Assembly: GCA_965218435.1 (NCBI GenBank)
Contig: CBDCKW010000009.1
Coordinates: forward strand, 1,728,001 to 1,792,000
Length of the DNA: 64,000 bases
Source of the DNA: Truepera sp.
Lineage (GTDB): Bacteria; Deinococcota; Deinococci; Deinococcales; Trueperaceae
Reading direction: 5' to 3'
Part shown: in pieces, positions 19,917-29,161 of the stretch
Layout of the letters: each line of letters opens with the position of its first letter
How positions within the stretch are numbered: position 1 is the stretch's first letter
Translations under genes and position numbers: made by a program
Notes under the pieces: model-generated
The model's input: only the letters and a program-made list of their open reading frames with translations
What the model was told of the DNA's origin: nothing
The model's database searches: none

Positions 19917-19990
19917 CCTCGGCCGGTTGCGCTACTGGCTCAGACTGTTTCAAGCGCCCAAATGAGAAACAGTCGTCATCGCTTCCGAGG
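19917..19990 (-). ncRNA. Cyclic di-GMP-II riboswitch
   Basis: Minus-strand CCUCGGAAGCGAUGA-CGACUGUUUC-UCAUUUGGGCGCUU-GAAACAGUC-UGAGCCAGUAGCGCAACCGGCCGAGG matches the class II layout (GGAA..UGA, stem, GGGCRCUU loop, UGAG..AGUAGYGCAACCG, pseudoknot GCGCU/AGCGC); lies in a 5' UTR. Confidence 0.85.
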
Positions 19991-20300
19991 GGCGGGGTAA
20001 CCCTTCGGTAAGGTTGAGAATACGGCAGAAATTCTTACAAGTTTCTTACAATCAGTGAGGCTCCGCGCGGCCCTAACACAGTATAAAGAGCAGCAAAGAG
20101 CGCAGCTGTTCGTTTTACTTTCCCCCAGTGAAGGCTAGACGAGCAGTCGCTTTTTGAACACAACCGCCGTTCAGCACACATCTTTACAAGGTAAGACCAA
20201 AACCTGCAGGCGTTTTATCCGCAGGGCAGGGCACGGAGGTAAGTACCTGTAGCCCGAAGCTTCTTGACTTTCCCTTACAGGTAACTGCTAAGGTGCGGTC

Positions 20301-21686
20301 ATGACAAAAATAAAGTTTTTTTGCCTGTTGATCGCCATCTCGGTAGGGAGCGCGGCCGGCGCACAAGAACTGGCAGGACGCTGGCACGGAGAGCTCGAGC
20401 TGCCCGGAACACCCCTTGCCATCGGCCTGACCTTTTCGCAAACACCGGGGGGTTTAGGCGGCACGATAGACATTCCGGCGCAGGGCGTGAGCGAGTTACC
20501 GCTGACCAACCTCACGAAAAAAGGCCGTTCGGTCACGTTCGGCTTGCAGGGCGTCTCCGGTAGTCCCCGCTTTGACGGTCAGCTTTCAGGCTCAGGAGAT
20601 AACGCCAAACTCGCCGGTACGTTTTCGCAGAGCGGTCAGTCGTTCCCTTTTACGCTCTCCTCCGGCCCTTTGCAAAGCGCCACGCGGCCCCAAGAACCTA
20701 CACCACCATTTCCTTACCGGAGTGAAGAAGTTACGCTCAAACATGACGGGGTTACGCTTGCCGGAACGCTTACGCTGCCCGAGGGAAACGGGCCTTTTAC
20801 CGCCGTGCAGCTGATTACCGGCAGCGGCCCGCAAGACCGCGACGAAACCATCGCCGGACATAAACCCTTTTTACTCTTAGCCGATACGCTGACCCGGGCG
20901 GGGTACGCCGTTCTCCGCTTTGACGACCGTGGTGTCGGGGGCTCGAGCCCCGGTAGCCGTGCGCCGACCTACCATGACCTGACCGGAGACGTTTTAGCGG
21001 GCGTCACCTATCTTAAAAACCGGGCTGACATCAACCACATCGGGCTGTTAGGGCACTCTGAAGGGGGCTACCTCGCACCTTTAGCGGCGGCGCGTTCGCG
21101 CGACGTGGCGTTTGTTATGTTGATGGCAGGCCCGGCCGTTTCCGGTGAAGCCGTACTCATCTTGCAAAACCGGCTGATCGGTGAGAGTGTAGGACAGTCC
21201 CAGGCACAGATTGGGGCACAGGTCAGCTATCTTCGGGAGCTTACCGGACTGCTCAAAGGAAAAGATTACGCGGCGGCCAAAGCTCTATCGCGTAAGCGTG
21301 TCAGAGTACAGGTTAACGACTTGCCTAAAGCGCAGCGCCCCAGTCCCGCTGTCCAAAAACAGACGATACAAGCCTACCTTGCTTCTCTACCCAGTCTACG
21401 CGAGTTTCTCATTTATGACCCGAAAGCCGCGTTAGAGGCGCTTCACGTGCCCGTTTTCGCCTTTTACGGCGGTAAAGATATTCAGGTTCCCGCAAGTCAA
21501 AACGCCCCAGTGATGCGTAAGCTGCTCAAAAACGACCCCGACGCAACGGTGCGGGTGTTTCCGGGTCTCAACCATCTGCTGCAACCCGCACCAACGGGTG
21601 CGCTAGACGAATACGCTCAGATCAAAACGACTATTGCGCCCGTAGTGCTAAAGGCGCTTACAGGGTGGTTAGGGGCGCGTTTTTAG
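20301..21686 (+). CDS. Secreted alpha/beta-hydrolase
   Basis: Signal peptide, RPQEP, GSGPQDRDE, DDRGVG, GHSEGG nucleophile elbow, KDIQV and LNHL. Confidence 0.9.
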   Translation: MTKIKFFCLLIAISVGSAAGAQELAGRWHGELELPGTPLAIGLTFSQTPGGLGGTIDIPAQGVSELPLTNLTKKGRSVTFGLQGVSGSPRFDGQLSGSGDNAKLAGTFSQSGQSFPFTLSSGPLQSATRPQEPTPPFPYRSEEVTLKHDGVTLAGTLTLPEGNGPFTAVQLITGSGPQDRDETIAGHKPFLLLADTLTRAGYAVLRFDDRGVGGSSPGSRAPTYHDLTGDVLAGVTYLKNRADINHIGLLGHSEGGYLAPLAAARSRDVAFVMLMAGPAVSGEAVLILQNRLIGESVGQSQAQIGAQVSYLRELTGLLKGKDYAAAKALSRKRVRVQVNDLPKAQRPSPAVQKQTIQAYLASLPSLREFLIYDPKAALEALHVPVFAFYGGKDIQVPASQNAPVMRKLLKNDPDATVRVFPGLNHLLQPAPTGALDEYAQIKTTIAPVVLKALTGWLGARF

Positions 21687-21866
21687 CTCTTTACCCTTGA
21701 GCTGTCTTTTTAGCGTCGCGTAGAAGAGCGCATAGCTAGCACCCTTTTGCTCAACACAGCGTTGAAGGATAACGTGACAGTCTAGAATTCGGCAGCGTAG
21801 TCCCAGCAAAAAGCTCAGAGGCGGTAAGAACGCGTGAACTATAAAACAGCAAAGCCGACCCACTGG

Positions 21867-22478
21867 TTATTTGTAAACGCGGCGTTGCCGGAGCCTTCTT
21901 AAGAACCAGCCGAGAGCGGCTAAAAGTGCAAAACCTGCGACCCAGAGCGTTGCTATACCTAAGTAGCGGCTAACCAGCTGATAGTTTTGCTGTAAGACGA
22001 AACCCAATAAGACCAGCAGCGACGTCCACGCCACTGTTCCGAACAGTGAAAAGGCCAAGAATATGGTGACCGGCATCCGGCTCAGGCCCGCAGGCAGCGG
22101 AATTAACATCCGGAGCCCCGGCACCAAACGGCCGAAAAAGACCGCCCAACGGCCGTAACGGTCAAACCAGTGGTCGGCGCGTCTGATGTCGGTGCTCGAG
22201 AGCAGCAGCCAGCGCCCGTAACGGTCGGTCCATAAAAAGAGCTTTTCTTCGCCGACCCAGTAACCGAGCGCGTAGTAAGGCAGTTGTCCCAAAAGTGCCC
22301 CGAACGACCCCGCTAAAACAACCCCGACGAATGAGAGGTTGCCCTGCGCGGCGGCAAACCCGGCGAGCGGCATAATCAGTTCTGAGGGCAGCGGCGGGCA
22401 GATGTTTTCAGCAAACATCAGGAGCATAATGCCCGGATAACCTATCGCAGTGGTGGTGGTGTAAAGCCACTCGAGCAT
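21867..22478 (-). CDS. DedA family membrane protein
   Basis: ENICPPLPSELIMPLAG, FDRYG and GRLVPGLR. Confidence 0.92.
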   Translation of the reverse strand: MLEWLYTTTTAIGYPGIMLLMFAENICPPLPSELIMPLAGFAAAQGNLSFVGVVLAGSFGALLGQLPYYALGYWVGEEKLFLWTDRYGRWLLLSSTDIRRADHWFDRYGRWAVFFGRLVPGLRMLIPLPAGLSRMPVTIFLAFSLFGTVAWTSLLVLLGFVLQQNYQLVSRYLGIATLWVAGFALLAALGWFLRRLRQRRVYK

Positions 22479-22718
22479 CTCGTCACTTTACCTGAGCTGG
22501 GCGCAGGCGTGCTGCGCCTTTAAGACACATTAAGTTGTGGGAGCGCAAACCTAAATTCATCATAAGTGGTTTAGATCGCACAGCCGCAAAGGTTTATGGC
22601 TAGCACCCTGTGTGTCAGACAGGCGTTTGTAGTTACGCAGATGAGCCGGACGCGTAAACTAAAACGCACCCGGCTCGTTTAACGCCTTGGTTAAGTCTGT
22701 TTAGATTTGAACTGACGG

Positions 22719-23918
22719 CTAATGGACCTCTTGCAGCACCGCGGCGCGGTAGACGGCGTTGGGCGTCGGGTCGGGGGTCATCGCCCGGTAGATCGGGATA
22801 GCCGCCGCGCCGAGCGCCGCCGCGTCTTCGCCGGTGCTGCCGCGCAGCAGCTGCGGCGCGTAGGGTTTGGCCGGGTGGCGGTAAGCGGGGAGGCGCGCAC
22901 CGACTTTAGCAAGGAGCGCGTCGGTGAGGTTGACCGGTAACCTGCCACCAAAAATAATCGCTTTAGGGTCGAGCAGATATTCGGTGTACACGAGCGCGGG
23001 AGCGAGCGCGTCGGCGGCACGCTCGAGCCACACCGTGACCGCTTGGTTGCCTTCGCCGTAAAGCCTGCCCAAGTCCGTAACGCTGAGGGACTCGCCCCTA
23101 GGCTCAGCCTGGGCGAGTTGCTTGAGCAGTTCGCCGGGTGCCGCGTAAAAACTCAGGTCGTGAGCCTGATCTTTGGCGCTCGTTACCGGCAGCAGGCCAA
23201 ACTCACCGCTGAAACCGCCGTAACCGAGGTAAGGTTGACCGTCTAAAATAACGCCGCCCCCGATACCATAGGCGAAAAACACCAAGAAAAAGTCTTTGAG
23301 GTCGCGTCCGACCCCGTACCACCGTTCACCGATGGCGGCGGCGGTCGCGTTGTTCTCTAGGAGAACCGGACACCCGAACTGCGCACCCAAGGTCGCGGCG
23401 ACCGACACGTCTTGCCAGTCGCTGAGGTCATCCGCTAAGGTTGACGTTATTTTGCCGCTGTAGAGCGGTATGGGCATCCCGACCCCGATTCCTAGAAGTA
23501 GCCGTTTAGGAACGTCTTGGTCGCTAAGGAGCGTTTCCGTCGTACGCGTCATCAGCGGCAGAACGTGCGCGGGACTAGAACTGTCTAGCGGGGTATGGCG
23601 GCGTGCGAGCACCTCACCTGAAAGGTCAACGAGAACCGCCGAGAGCTGGTCACGGTCGAAGTTAAGACCGATTGAAAAGGCACTTTTGGGGTTGACCTCG
23701 AGTTCGGTCGGCGGTTTGCCCATGCCGCCGCGCCGTTGCCGCTTTTCAGCTACGAGGTCCCGTTCGATCAGCTCACCGATAATCCGCGACACCGACGGGA
23801 AGGTCAGGCCGGACAAACGCACGATGTCAGCTCTGGAAATAGGTCCTCTGGTACGGACGAGCTCGAGTATGGTGCGCTGGTTGTGAGAGGGCATATAAGG
23901 GCGGTTAGGATAAACCAT
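22719..23918 (-). CDS. ROK family transcriptional regulator
   Basis: N-terminal HTH (GPISRADIVRLSGLTFPSVS..GKPP), ENNATAAAIGE, GIGGG and SGEFG. Confidence 0.92.
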   Translation of the reverse strand: MVYPNRPYMPSHNQRTILELVRTRGPISRADIVRLSGLTFPSVSRIIGELIERDLVAEKRQRRGGMGKPPTELEVNPKSAFSIGLNFDRDQLSAVLVDLSGEVLARRHTPLDSSSPAHVLPLMTRTTETLLSDQDVPKRLLLGIGVGMPIPLYSGKITSTLADDLSDWQDVSVAATLGAQFGCPVLLENNATAAAIGERWYGVGRDLKDFFLVFFAYGIGGGVILDGQPYLGYGGFSGEFGLLPVTSAKDQAHDLSFYAAPGELLKQLAQAEPRGESLSVTDLGRLYGEGNQAVTVWLERAADALAPALVYTEYLLDPKAIIFGGRLPVNLTDALLAKVGARLPAYRHPAKPYAPQLLRGSTGEDAAALGAAAIPIYRAMTPDPTPNAVYRAAVLQEVH

Positions 23919-23978
23919 AATTTCCTTTCAGCGAGGTTGCGAAATAAGGTACAACGACACACAGGTATAGCAAGAGAG

Positions 23979-24001
23979 TACTATGTACGTCAAGCAAAGT
24001 A
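23979..24001. promoter_or_regulatory. Possible ROK-type operator overlapping a -35 box upstream of the ROK gene
   Basis: Imperfect palindrome TACTATGT-N7-GCAAAGTA containing a minus-strand TTGACG. Confidence 0.3.
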
Positions 24002-24325
24002 AATGAGGACAAATGCCCTGGCACCGGGTTATGTTGTTTATTTATGTTGACTTTACCCAAGCTCACCACACAACTTAGACTAGACAGAAAGAAACCGCAT
24101 CTATAGACTAACCTCAAGGCTGTCATCACGCCGAGAGAACGCGGGCAACAGCGGCGCATTTTCTCAACCGTTAAACCTACCTGCCGAAGGTTCCCACTAC
24201 GCCTTTACTGGCCCACAGCTGAGGAACAAGAGTTACCGCAAAACTAAGGAATATACCGGTTTATTTCATAAATTTTTCATGTTGATAGGGCTTTCGGGCT
24301 GAGCAAGTATACTTTAGAAAGCACG

Positions 24326-25387
24326 ATGTTTTCTTCTCCCGACAGACCCACTCGCAAAGCCCGTTGGCCCGGAACCGCGCTGCTGTGGGGCACACTCGTG
24401 CTCGCCGGTATGGGCGCAGGGCTCGAGTTCGCCCGTGCGGGCATAAGCGGAATCGGCCTCATCCTCTCATGTGTCGCCGTTTTCAACCTCACCGCCCTCC
24501 TCAGTACTCACAGCTGGCGGCAACCCCTTAGGGCCGTAGCCCCGTACTTGTACCTTACCCTTTTGCTGGTGGGTTGGTTATACGCCTTTTATTTTGGCCG
24601 TTCGTCCGGGCTGGCGCAGCAGCTTATCCTTACGACGGTCCTGCTGTTACCGGTCCTTTACGCCCAGTTTTTCGACCGTCTGCCGGGGCCACAAGCCCTT
24701 TTGCAGGCTGGCACCGTCTTGCTCTCTTTTGCGCTCCTCAGCTTGCCCCACGCGCTTACGACCATAGCCGGTCCAGCTCTTTTTGACGGGCTCGGCTTTT
24801 TAGGTTTGTTTACGGTAGCTAATATTTTGCTCTTGACTTTTATCAGTGCGCCGCTGTGGACAGACGGCGAACTCGCCCATCTGCGCCGCGACGCCGCTTG
24901 GTTTCAGCGGCTGGCTCACCACGACTTTTTAACCGACCTACCTAACCGGCGGCAGCTCGAGCAGGTGCTAGGGGTCAGCCTCGCGCAATCGTCCCGTAGC
25001 GGAGTACCTTGCGCCGCACTGGTGATTGACATCGACCATTTCAAACGCCTTAACGACAGATTTGGTCACCCGGTCGGCGATAAGGTCCTCCGCGAAATCT
25101 CACGTCGCTTGCAAAACGAACTGCGGGCGGGCAGCACTTTGGGCCGCTGGGGGGGCGAAGAGTTTGTGGTCGTCGCGCCGCAAACCGAGCGCCACGAAGC
25201 GCAGCAGCTCGGGGAGCGGCTGCTCTACGCTGTTCGCGCCGATCCTATCGCCGGTGAGCACCTCGTCACCGTCTCCATCGGGATTACGAGTTACCGCCCC
25301 GGTGATACCCCGGAAACGCTGATCGCCCGCGCCGACCGCGCGCTTTACCGGGCCAAACAAGCCGGCCGCGATAGGCTCGCAGCGTAA
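24326..25387 (+). CDS. Membrane-bound diguanylate cyclase (GGDEF domain)
   Basis: TM N-terminus; DFLTDLPNRR, IDIDHFKRLNDRFGHPVGD, RWGGEEF and ADRALYRAK. Confidence 0.93.
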   Translation: MFSSPDRPTRKARWPGTALLWGTLVLAGMGAGLEFARAGISGIGLILSCVAVFNLTALLSTHSWRQPLRAVAPYLYLTLLLVGWLYAFYFGRSSGLAQQLILTTVLLLPVLYAQFFDRLPGPQALLQAGTVLLSFALLSLPHALTTIAGPALFDGLGFLGLFTVANILLLTFISAPLWTDGELAHLRRDAAWFQRLAHHDFLTDLPNRRQLEQVLGVSLAQSSRSGVPCAALVIDIDHFKRLNDRFGHPVGDKVLREISRRLQNELRAGSTLGRWGGEEFVVVAPQTERHEAQQLGERLLYAVRADPIAGEHLVTVSIGITSYRPGDTPETLIARADRALYRAKQAGRDRLAA

Positions 25388-25488
25388 CGGGTTTTGTGTA
25401 TACTTACCTAGTACTCAAGCATGACCGGGGGGTTTAATGTGAGTGACGCCAACCGAAAAAACATGTTCAGCCACCGAAAGAACGCCTG

Positions 25489-27936
25489 ATGGTGTGGACG
25501 CAGAGACTCCTCACAAAACTTCACGCCCATCCCGGTCCTATCTTGCTCGAAGGGGGTGAGGCTTTTGGCGCACCCTTTTTGATCGAAGCCCTCAGCCACG
25601 CCCAAAGAGTCGCTTGGTTGCAGCTGACGCCCACTGAAGCGAGTGACTCGGTAGCTATCGGAAACCGCCTTGCAGACGCTGTAAACGCGGCGTTGGAGGC
25701 GAACTTTTTACCCCACGCCTTGCCTTTTAGCTACAGCATCGAGGTGTTGAGAAAACGCCTCCCGCTCCTCGGCAGTTTAACGATTGTCTGCTCAAACGCC
25801 GACTACACACCGCTCTTTCGTGACTCTTTACTCGAGCTCTCCGAAGTCGGCGCGAAAATTATTTTAATTACCAGTGGTACGACCCCTTCGTTTACAGGGC
25901 TGCATCTCCGGCAAGAAGACCTCGCCCTCACCCCGGAAGAGGCCGAACTTTTAGCGGGCCATTTTCTTAGCGAAGCCGAGCAGCGCACCCTACGGCTTTC
26001 ATCGGGAGGTGCCTATTTAACCTTTATGTGCAGCGTCTGCCGGTTGCGGGGAATGGCGCTGCCGCACGTTCCTTCACCAAGGGGGGCGCTCACCGCGCCG
26101 GGCGACGAAACGCTGGTGTCACCGGTGGTGCTGCTCGAGGTACTGCAAAAGCTCGGACGCTACGTCGAGGCGCTCGAGCTCGCCGTAATGAGCGTGCCTG
26201 AGCGGGTCGCTGAACTTATCGAAGAGGCGGGACCGGCGTATCAAGAGCGGGGACTACTTGCGCGTCTACACCTCCTTTTAGAAAGCTTAGACGATCCCTA
26301 CCAGAAAGCTGAAAAGGTGCTCGAGTGGCGGTTAGTTGCAGGCTTTGATCAATCAGATTACCGTCACATCATTGCTGTTATTAAAGCTCACTTAGAAGCT
26401 AACGAAGCGCCGGAATTACGTGCTCGTTACGCGGGTGTTTTTCCAAACTCAGAAGAAAGCTTCGTTCAAGCACAGCGTGCGGCAGCAGCAATGACAACGC
26501 CACTTACTCTATATCAGCTCGGTCGGTTGCACCGGAATGCAAAAATAGGTGTAACGATCTTACATCAGAGTGTCAAGCTTGCTGAGTCACTTGGACGGCA
26601 CTACGATGTCACCCGTAATGCAAGAGCATTGGCTGAAAGCCTTAACTATCTCGGTAGATTTCATGAAGCCGCTAACTGGAGTAACTGGGCATTACAAACC
26701 TTTACAAAAAAAGGATTACAGGACGGTACTGCGCGGCTACGCCTTCTTTATATCTACGCAACAGCCCATACCATTGTAGACCGTACTAACGGTTTGCAGC
26801 TTCTTCTCTTGGAAGCGAAAGATGCTGCTGACTCTGCGGAACTCGGTATAGCTACTGACATCCGGACTACGCTGGCAAATCTCGAGCTTGTACTAGGTAA
26901 CCTTAACGAGGCAGAAACTCTGGCCGCTGAAAACTTTGCACAGAGCCCACGCTGGCGACTTGGGGACTCTGCCGTACCACTTGTACGGATTTTACTCGAG
27001 CAAGGAAAATTTGATGAAGCCCTCGCCAAAGCTCAGTACGCTGTAACCTTGACCGACGGTGAGGATGATTTCGTTACACTCCCAGCATCTTTGGCACTCG
27101 GTATGGTTTATGCAGCGCAAGACCCCAAAGCGGCTCGAGAACATCTGCTTAAGGTACTCGAGGCACCCGACATCGAAGCGTCTTTCCGAGTGACGGCAGC
27201 CCTGCACCTGCTCAAAATTGGGGTACTCCGTTTCAGTGAGCTTGACGCGACTTTGCAAGAGATTTTGAAAGAGCTCTCACCGACCGGTTTTCGGCTTTTC
27301 TGCGGTCCCGAAGACGACTTTATCGGTGTCTGGAACATGCTCTCAGCTCAGCATACGCCTTTAAGGATCAAGGTTTTGGGCAAAGCAGAAGTGTGGCTAA
27401 ACGACAAACGTCTCTCGCTTAGCGCACGCGCTTTAGAAACACTCGTGCTGCTCGCGCTGCACCCCGAAGGTCTGATCCCCGAAGTGCTGCACAGCTACCT
27501 TTATGACAACGAAGACACAACGCTCGTGGCACTGCGCTCAGCCGTTTCCCGCTTGCGTGTACTCGTGCCCATCAGTGCTCACCCCGAGCCGTACCGCATC
27601 ACCGTGCCGTTTACCTTTGATGCAAACGACTGCGAGGCCGCGATTGTAGCCGGAGATATAAGAGCAGCCCTCGAGCTCTACCGCGGACCACTCCTGGAGA
27701 AAAGCGACGCACCCGGTATCCGTGAGGCGCGGCTTTACCTCGAGGAAAGGCTACGGCAAAGTACACTCCACTCCGGCGACGCCGAGGCGCTGCTACCGCT
27801 AGCAGAAACGCTTAGAGACGACCTCGAGCTGTGGCAAGCAACGCACGCGGCGCTCCCTAGCAGCGACGTTCGGCTGCCCCTTGTAAGGGCGCAGCTCCAC
27901 AGGGTAACCCAAGAACTGCGCCCAACCTATAATTAA
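25489..27936 (+). CDS. Large transcriptional regulator: degenerate MalT-like N-terminus, TPR-like middle, C-terminal winged-helix/BTAD-like region
   Basis: VAWLQL and LRQEDLALTPEEA (MalT-like); helical repeats (LGRFHEA, LGNLNEA, QGKFDEA); LRIKVLG...LVLLALHPEG...SAVSRLR...ALELYRGPLL. Confidence 0.75.
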   Translation: MVWTQRLLTKLHAHPGPILLEGGEAFGAPFLIEALSHAQRVAWLQLTPTEASDSVAIGNRLADAVNAALEANFLPHALPFSYSIEVLRKRLPLLGSLTIVCSNADYTPLFRDSLLELSEVGAKIILITSGTTPSFTGLHLRQEDLALTPEEAELLAGHFLSEAEQRTLRLSSGGAYLTFMCSVCRLRGMALPHVPSPRGALTAPGDETLVSPVVLLEVLQKLGRYVEALELAVMSVPERVAELIEEAGPAYQERGLLARLHLLLESLDDPYQKAEKVLEWRLVAGFDQSDYRHIIAVIKAHLEANEAPELRARYAGVFPNSEESFVQAQRAAAAMTTPLTLYQLGRLHRNAKIGVTILHQSVKLAESLGRHYDVTRNARALAESLNYLGRFHEAANWSNWALQTFTKKGLQDGTARLRLLYIYATAHTIVDRTNGLQLLLLEAKDAADSAELGIATDIRTTLANLELVLGNLNEAETLAAENFAQSPRWRLGDSAVPLVRILLEQGKFDEALAKAQYAVTLTDGEDDFVTLPASLALGMVYAAQDPKAAREHLLKVLEAPDIEASFRVTAALHLLKIGVLRFSELDATLQEILKELSPTGFRLFCGPEDDFIGVWNMLSAQHTPLRIKVLGKAEVWLNDKRLSLSARALETLVLLALHPEGLIPEVLHSYLYDNEDTTLVALRSAVSRLRVLVPISAHPEPYRITVPFTFDANDCEAAIVAGDIRAALELYRGPLLEKSDAPGIREARLYLEERLRQSTLHSGDAEALLPLAETLRDDLELWQATHAALPSSDVRLPLVRAQLHRVTQELRPTYN

Positions 27937-27977
27937 CCGACTCACCAATTAGTGCGGCCCAGCTTGCGAGTAAAGTC

Positions 27978-28163
27978 TTATGACGCCCGTAGTGATTGTG
28001 CCTGAGCGTACTCGCGTGGCGAAGATGGCCCGGCCGAACTTACCGCTTCATGCGCGTACACGGCTTCAATCAACTCAACTTCACGTAAAGCGACAAGCTC
28101 ACCGACACAGCTAAAGCGCCCGGTTTCAGCCAGGGCTTTTTTGGCTTCATCTCTAGTCATCAT
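27978..28163 (-). CDS. Small hypothetical protein (61 aa)
   Basis: Strong RBS AAGGAGG directly before ATG ATG ACT AGA (MMTRDEAKKALAE...). Confidence 0.55.
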   Translation of the reverse strand: MMTRDEAKKALAETGRFSCVGELVALREVELIEAVYAHEAVSSAGPSSPREYAQAQSLRAS

Positions 28164-28288
28164 AGTCCTCCTTATCAAAATGTAGACGCTACTGTGACGC
28201 AGGGATGTTGCAATACGCACAGCGGAAGCTGTAACACTGCGGCAACAGAGGTTTTGTACAGTTAAAGACAGTTAAAGGAGGCAACAAC

Positions 28289-28405
28289 ATGTTCAAAAAA
28301 GCCCTTATCATCGGTATGATTTGCTTAAGCGTAGGTAGTGTCGGCTTTGCAAGACCTAGGACCGGGGACCCTGGCTGTATCTCTCCTATGTCATCACGTA
28401 AATAG
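28289..28405 (+). CDS. Small secreted peptide precursor (38 aa)
   Basis: RBS AAAGGAGG; MFKKALIIGMICLSVGSVGFA-RPRTGDPGCISPMSSRK*, a Sec-type signal peptide plus a 17-aa tail; below the ORF-track size cutoff. Confidence 0.7.
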   Translation: MFKKALIIGMICLSVGSVGFARPRTGDPGCISPMSSRK

Positions 28406-28729
28406 CGTCTTAATATCCACGAGAAAGGTCACGGTCACACACTATCAAACCTGAACCCTCGCGAGCAGTTTCCCAAACCCGTGTTTGTAGGTGAGCGTGA
28501 ATACGACTTCGCGCTCACCTGACGCGTGTGTGAAGGTAGCCTCTATCTATTGCCCGAAAACGGATCGTCGTTTTACCGGGAGGTGTCACTTGTGTGCGTT
28601 CAAGTAGACTTTACAAACCGGGTGAGGCATTTCGGGAAGCAGCGGTGTTTTGGTTGGTAACAGCCCGTTTTGGTGCGTCACTGGTCAAACTGAGTTAATC
28701 AAAAGCTTGTGCGACTTTGCCACACGTCC

Positions 28730-29062
28730 TCTTGTGAAGAAACGCGGCGGTCGCTGCGCGTGTCGTCAGGTTTGCTTACCTCGTTAGAGAGTAGGCGGTT
28801 ATCTGGGATTGACCGGACGCCTCGAGCAGCTCGGCCTCGCCGCATACCTGCACGACTTGGAAAAACCCAGCTTATCAGCTGCGCTACTGCAAACACCCGA
28901 ACAGTTGACGACAGACGGATGGAAGCAGATGAGGCGGCACCCCGTGAGGGTGAACGTCTTTTAGGGGTGCCGCCGCCGCTTTTGGGCACAGTTATAGCGC
29001 AGCATCATGAACGGCTCGACGGGTCGGTGACGATCTACGACCGTCTTTCGGTGCATCTGTGA
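28730..29062 (+). pseudogene. Degraded HD-GYP c-di-GMP phosphodiesterase
   Basis: Across frameshifts: ETRRSLRV / LEQLGLAAYLHDLEK..LL.TPEQLT..WKQMRRHPV / EGERLL..VIAQHHERLDGS; the GYP motif is absent. Confidence 0.75.
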
Positions 29063-29161
29063 TCCAGATAGAACACTTGCCGAGTTGCGCTACCGTAACA
29101 GCGTGTTTGAGCTAGGGGCTGTCGCCGCTACTTTTGCAGAGATGACAGGAACATTTCCAGT

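Noticed and set aside
19837..19953. 39-aa N-terminal extension of the lipoprotein
   Set aside because: It overlaps the riboswitch; the RBS and lipobox indicate ATG 19836
24161..24195. Similarity (TTCTCAACC...CCGAAGG) to the leader upstream of the riboswitch
   Set aside because: Short and gapped, with no aptamer core; could be chance
28699..29062. Track ORFs 28699-28989(-) and 28709-29062(+) as real genes
   Set aside because: Better explained as fragments or shadows of the HD-GYP pseudogene
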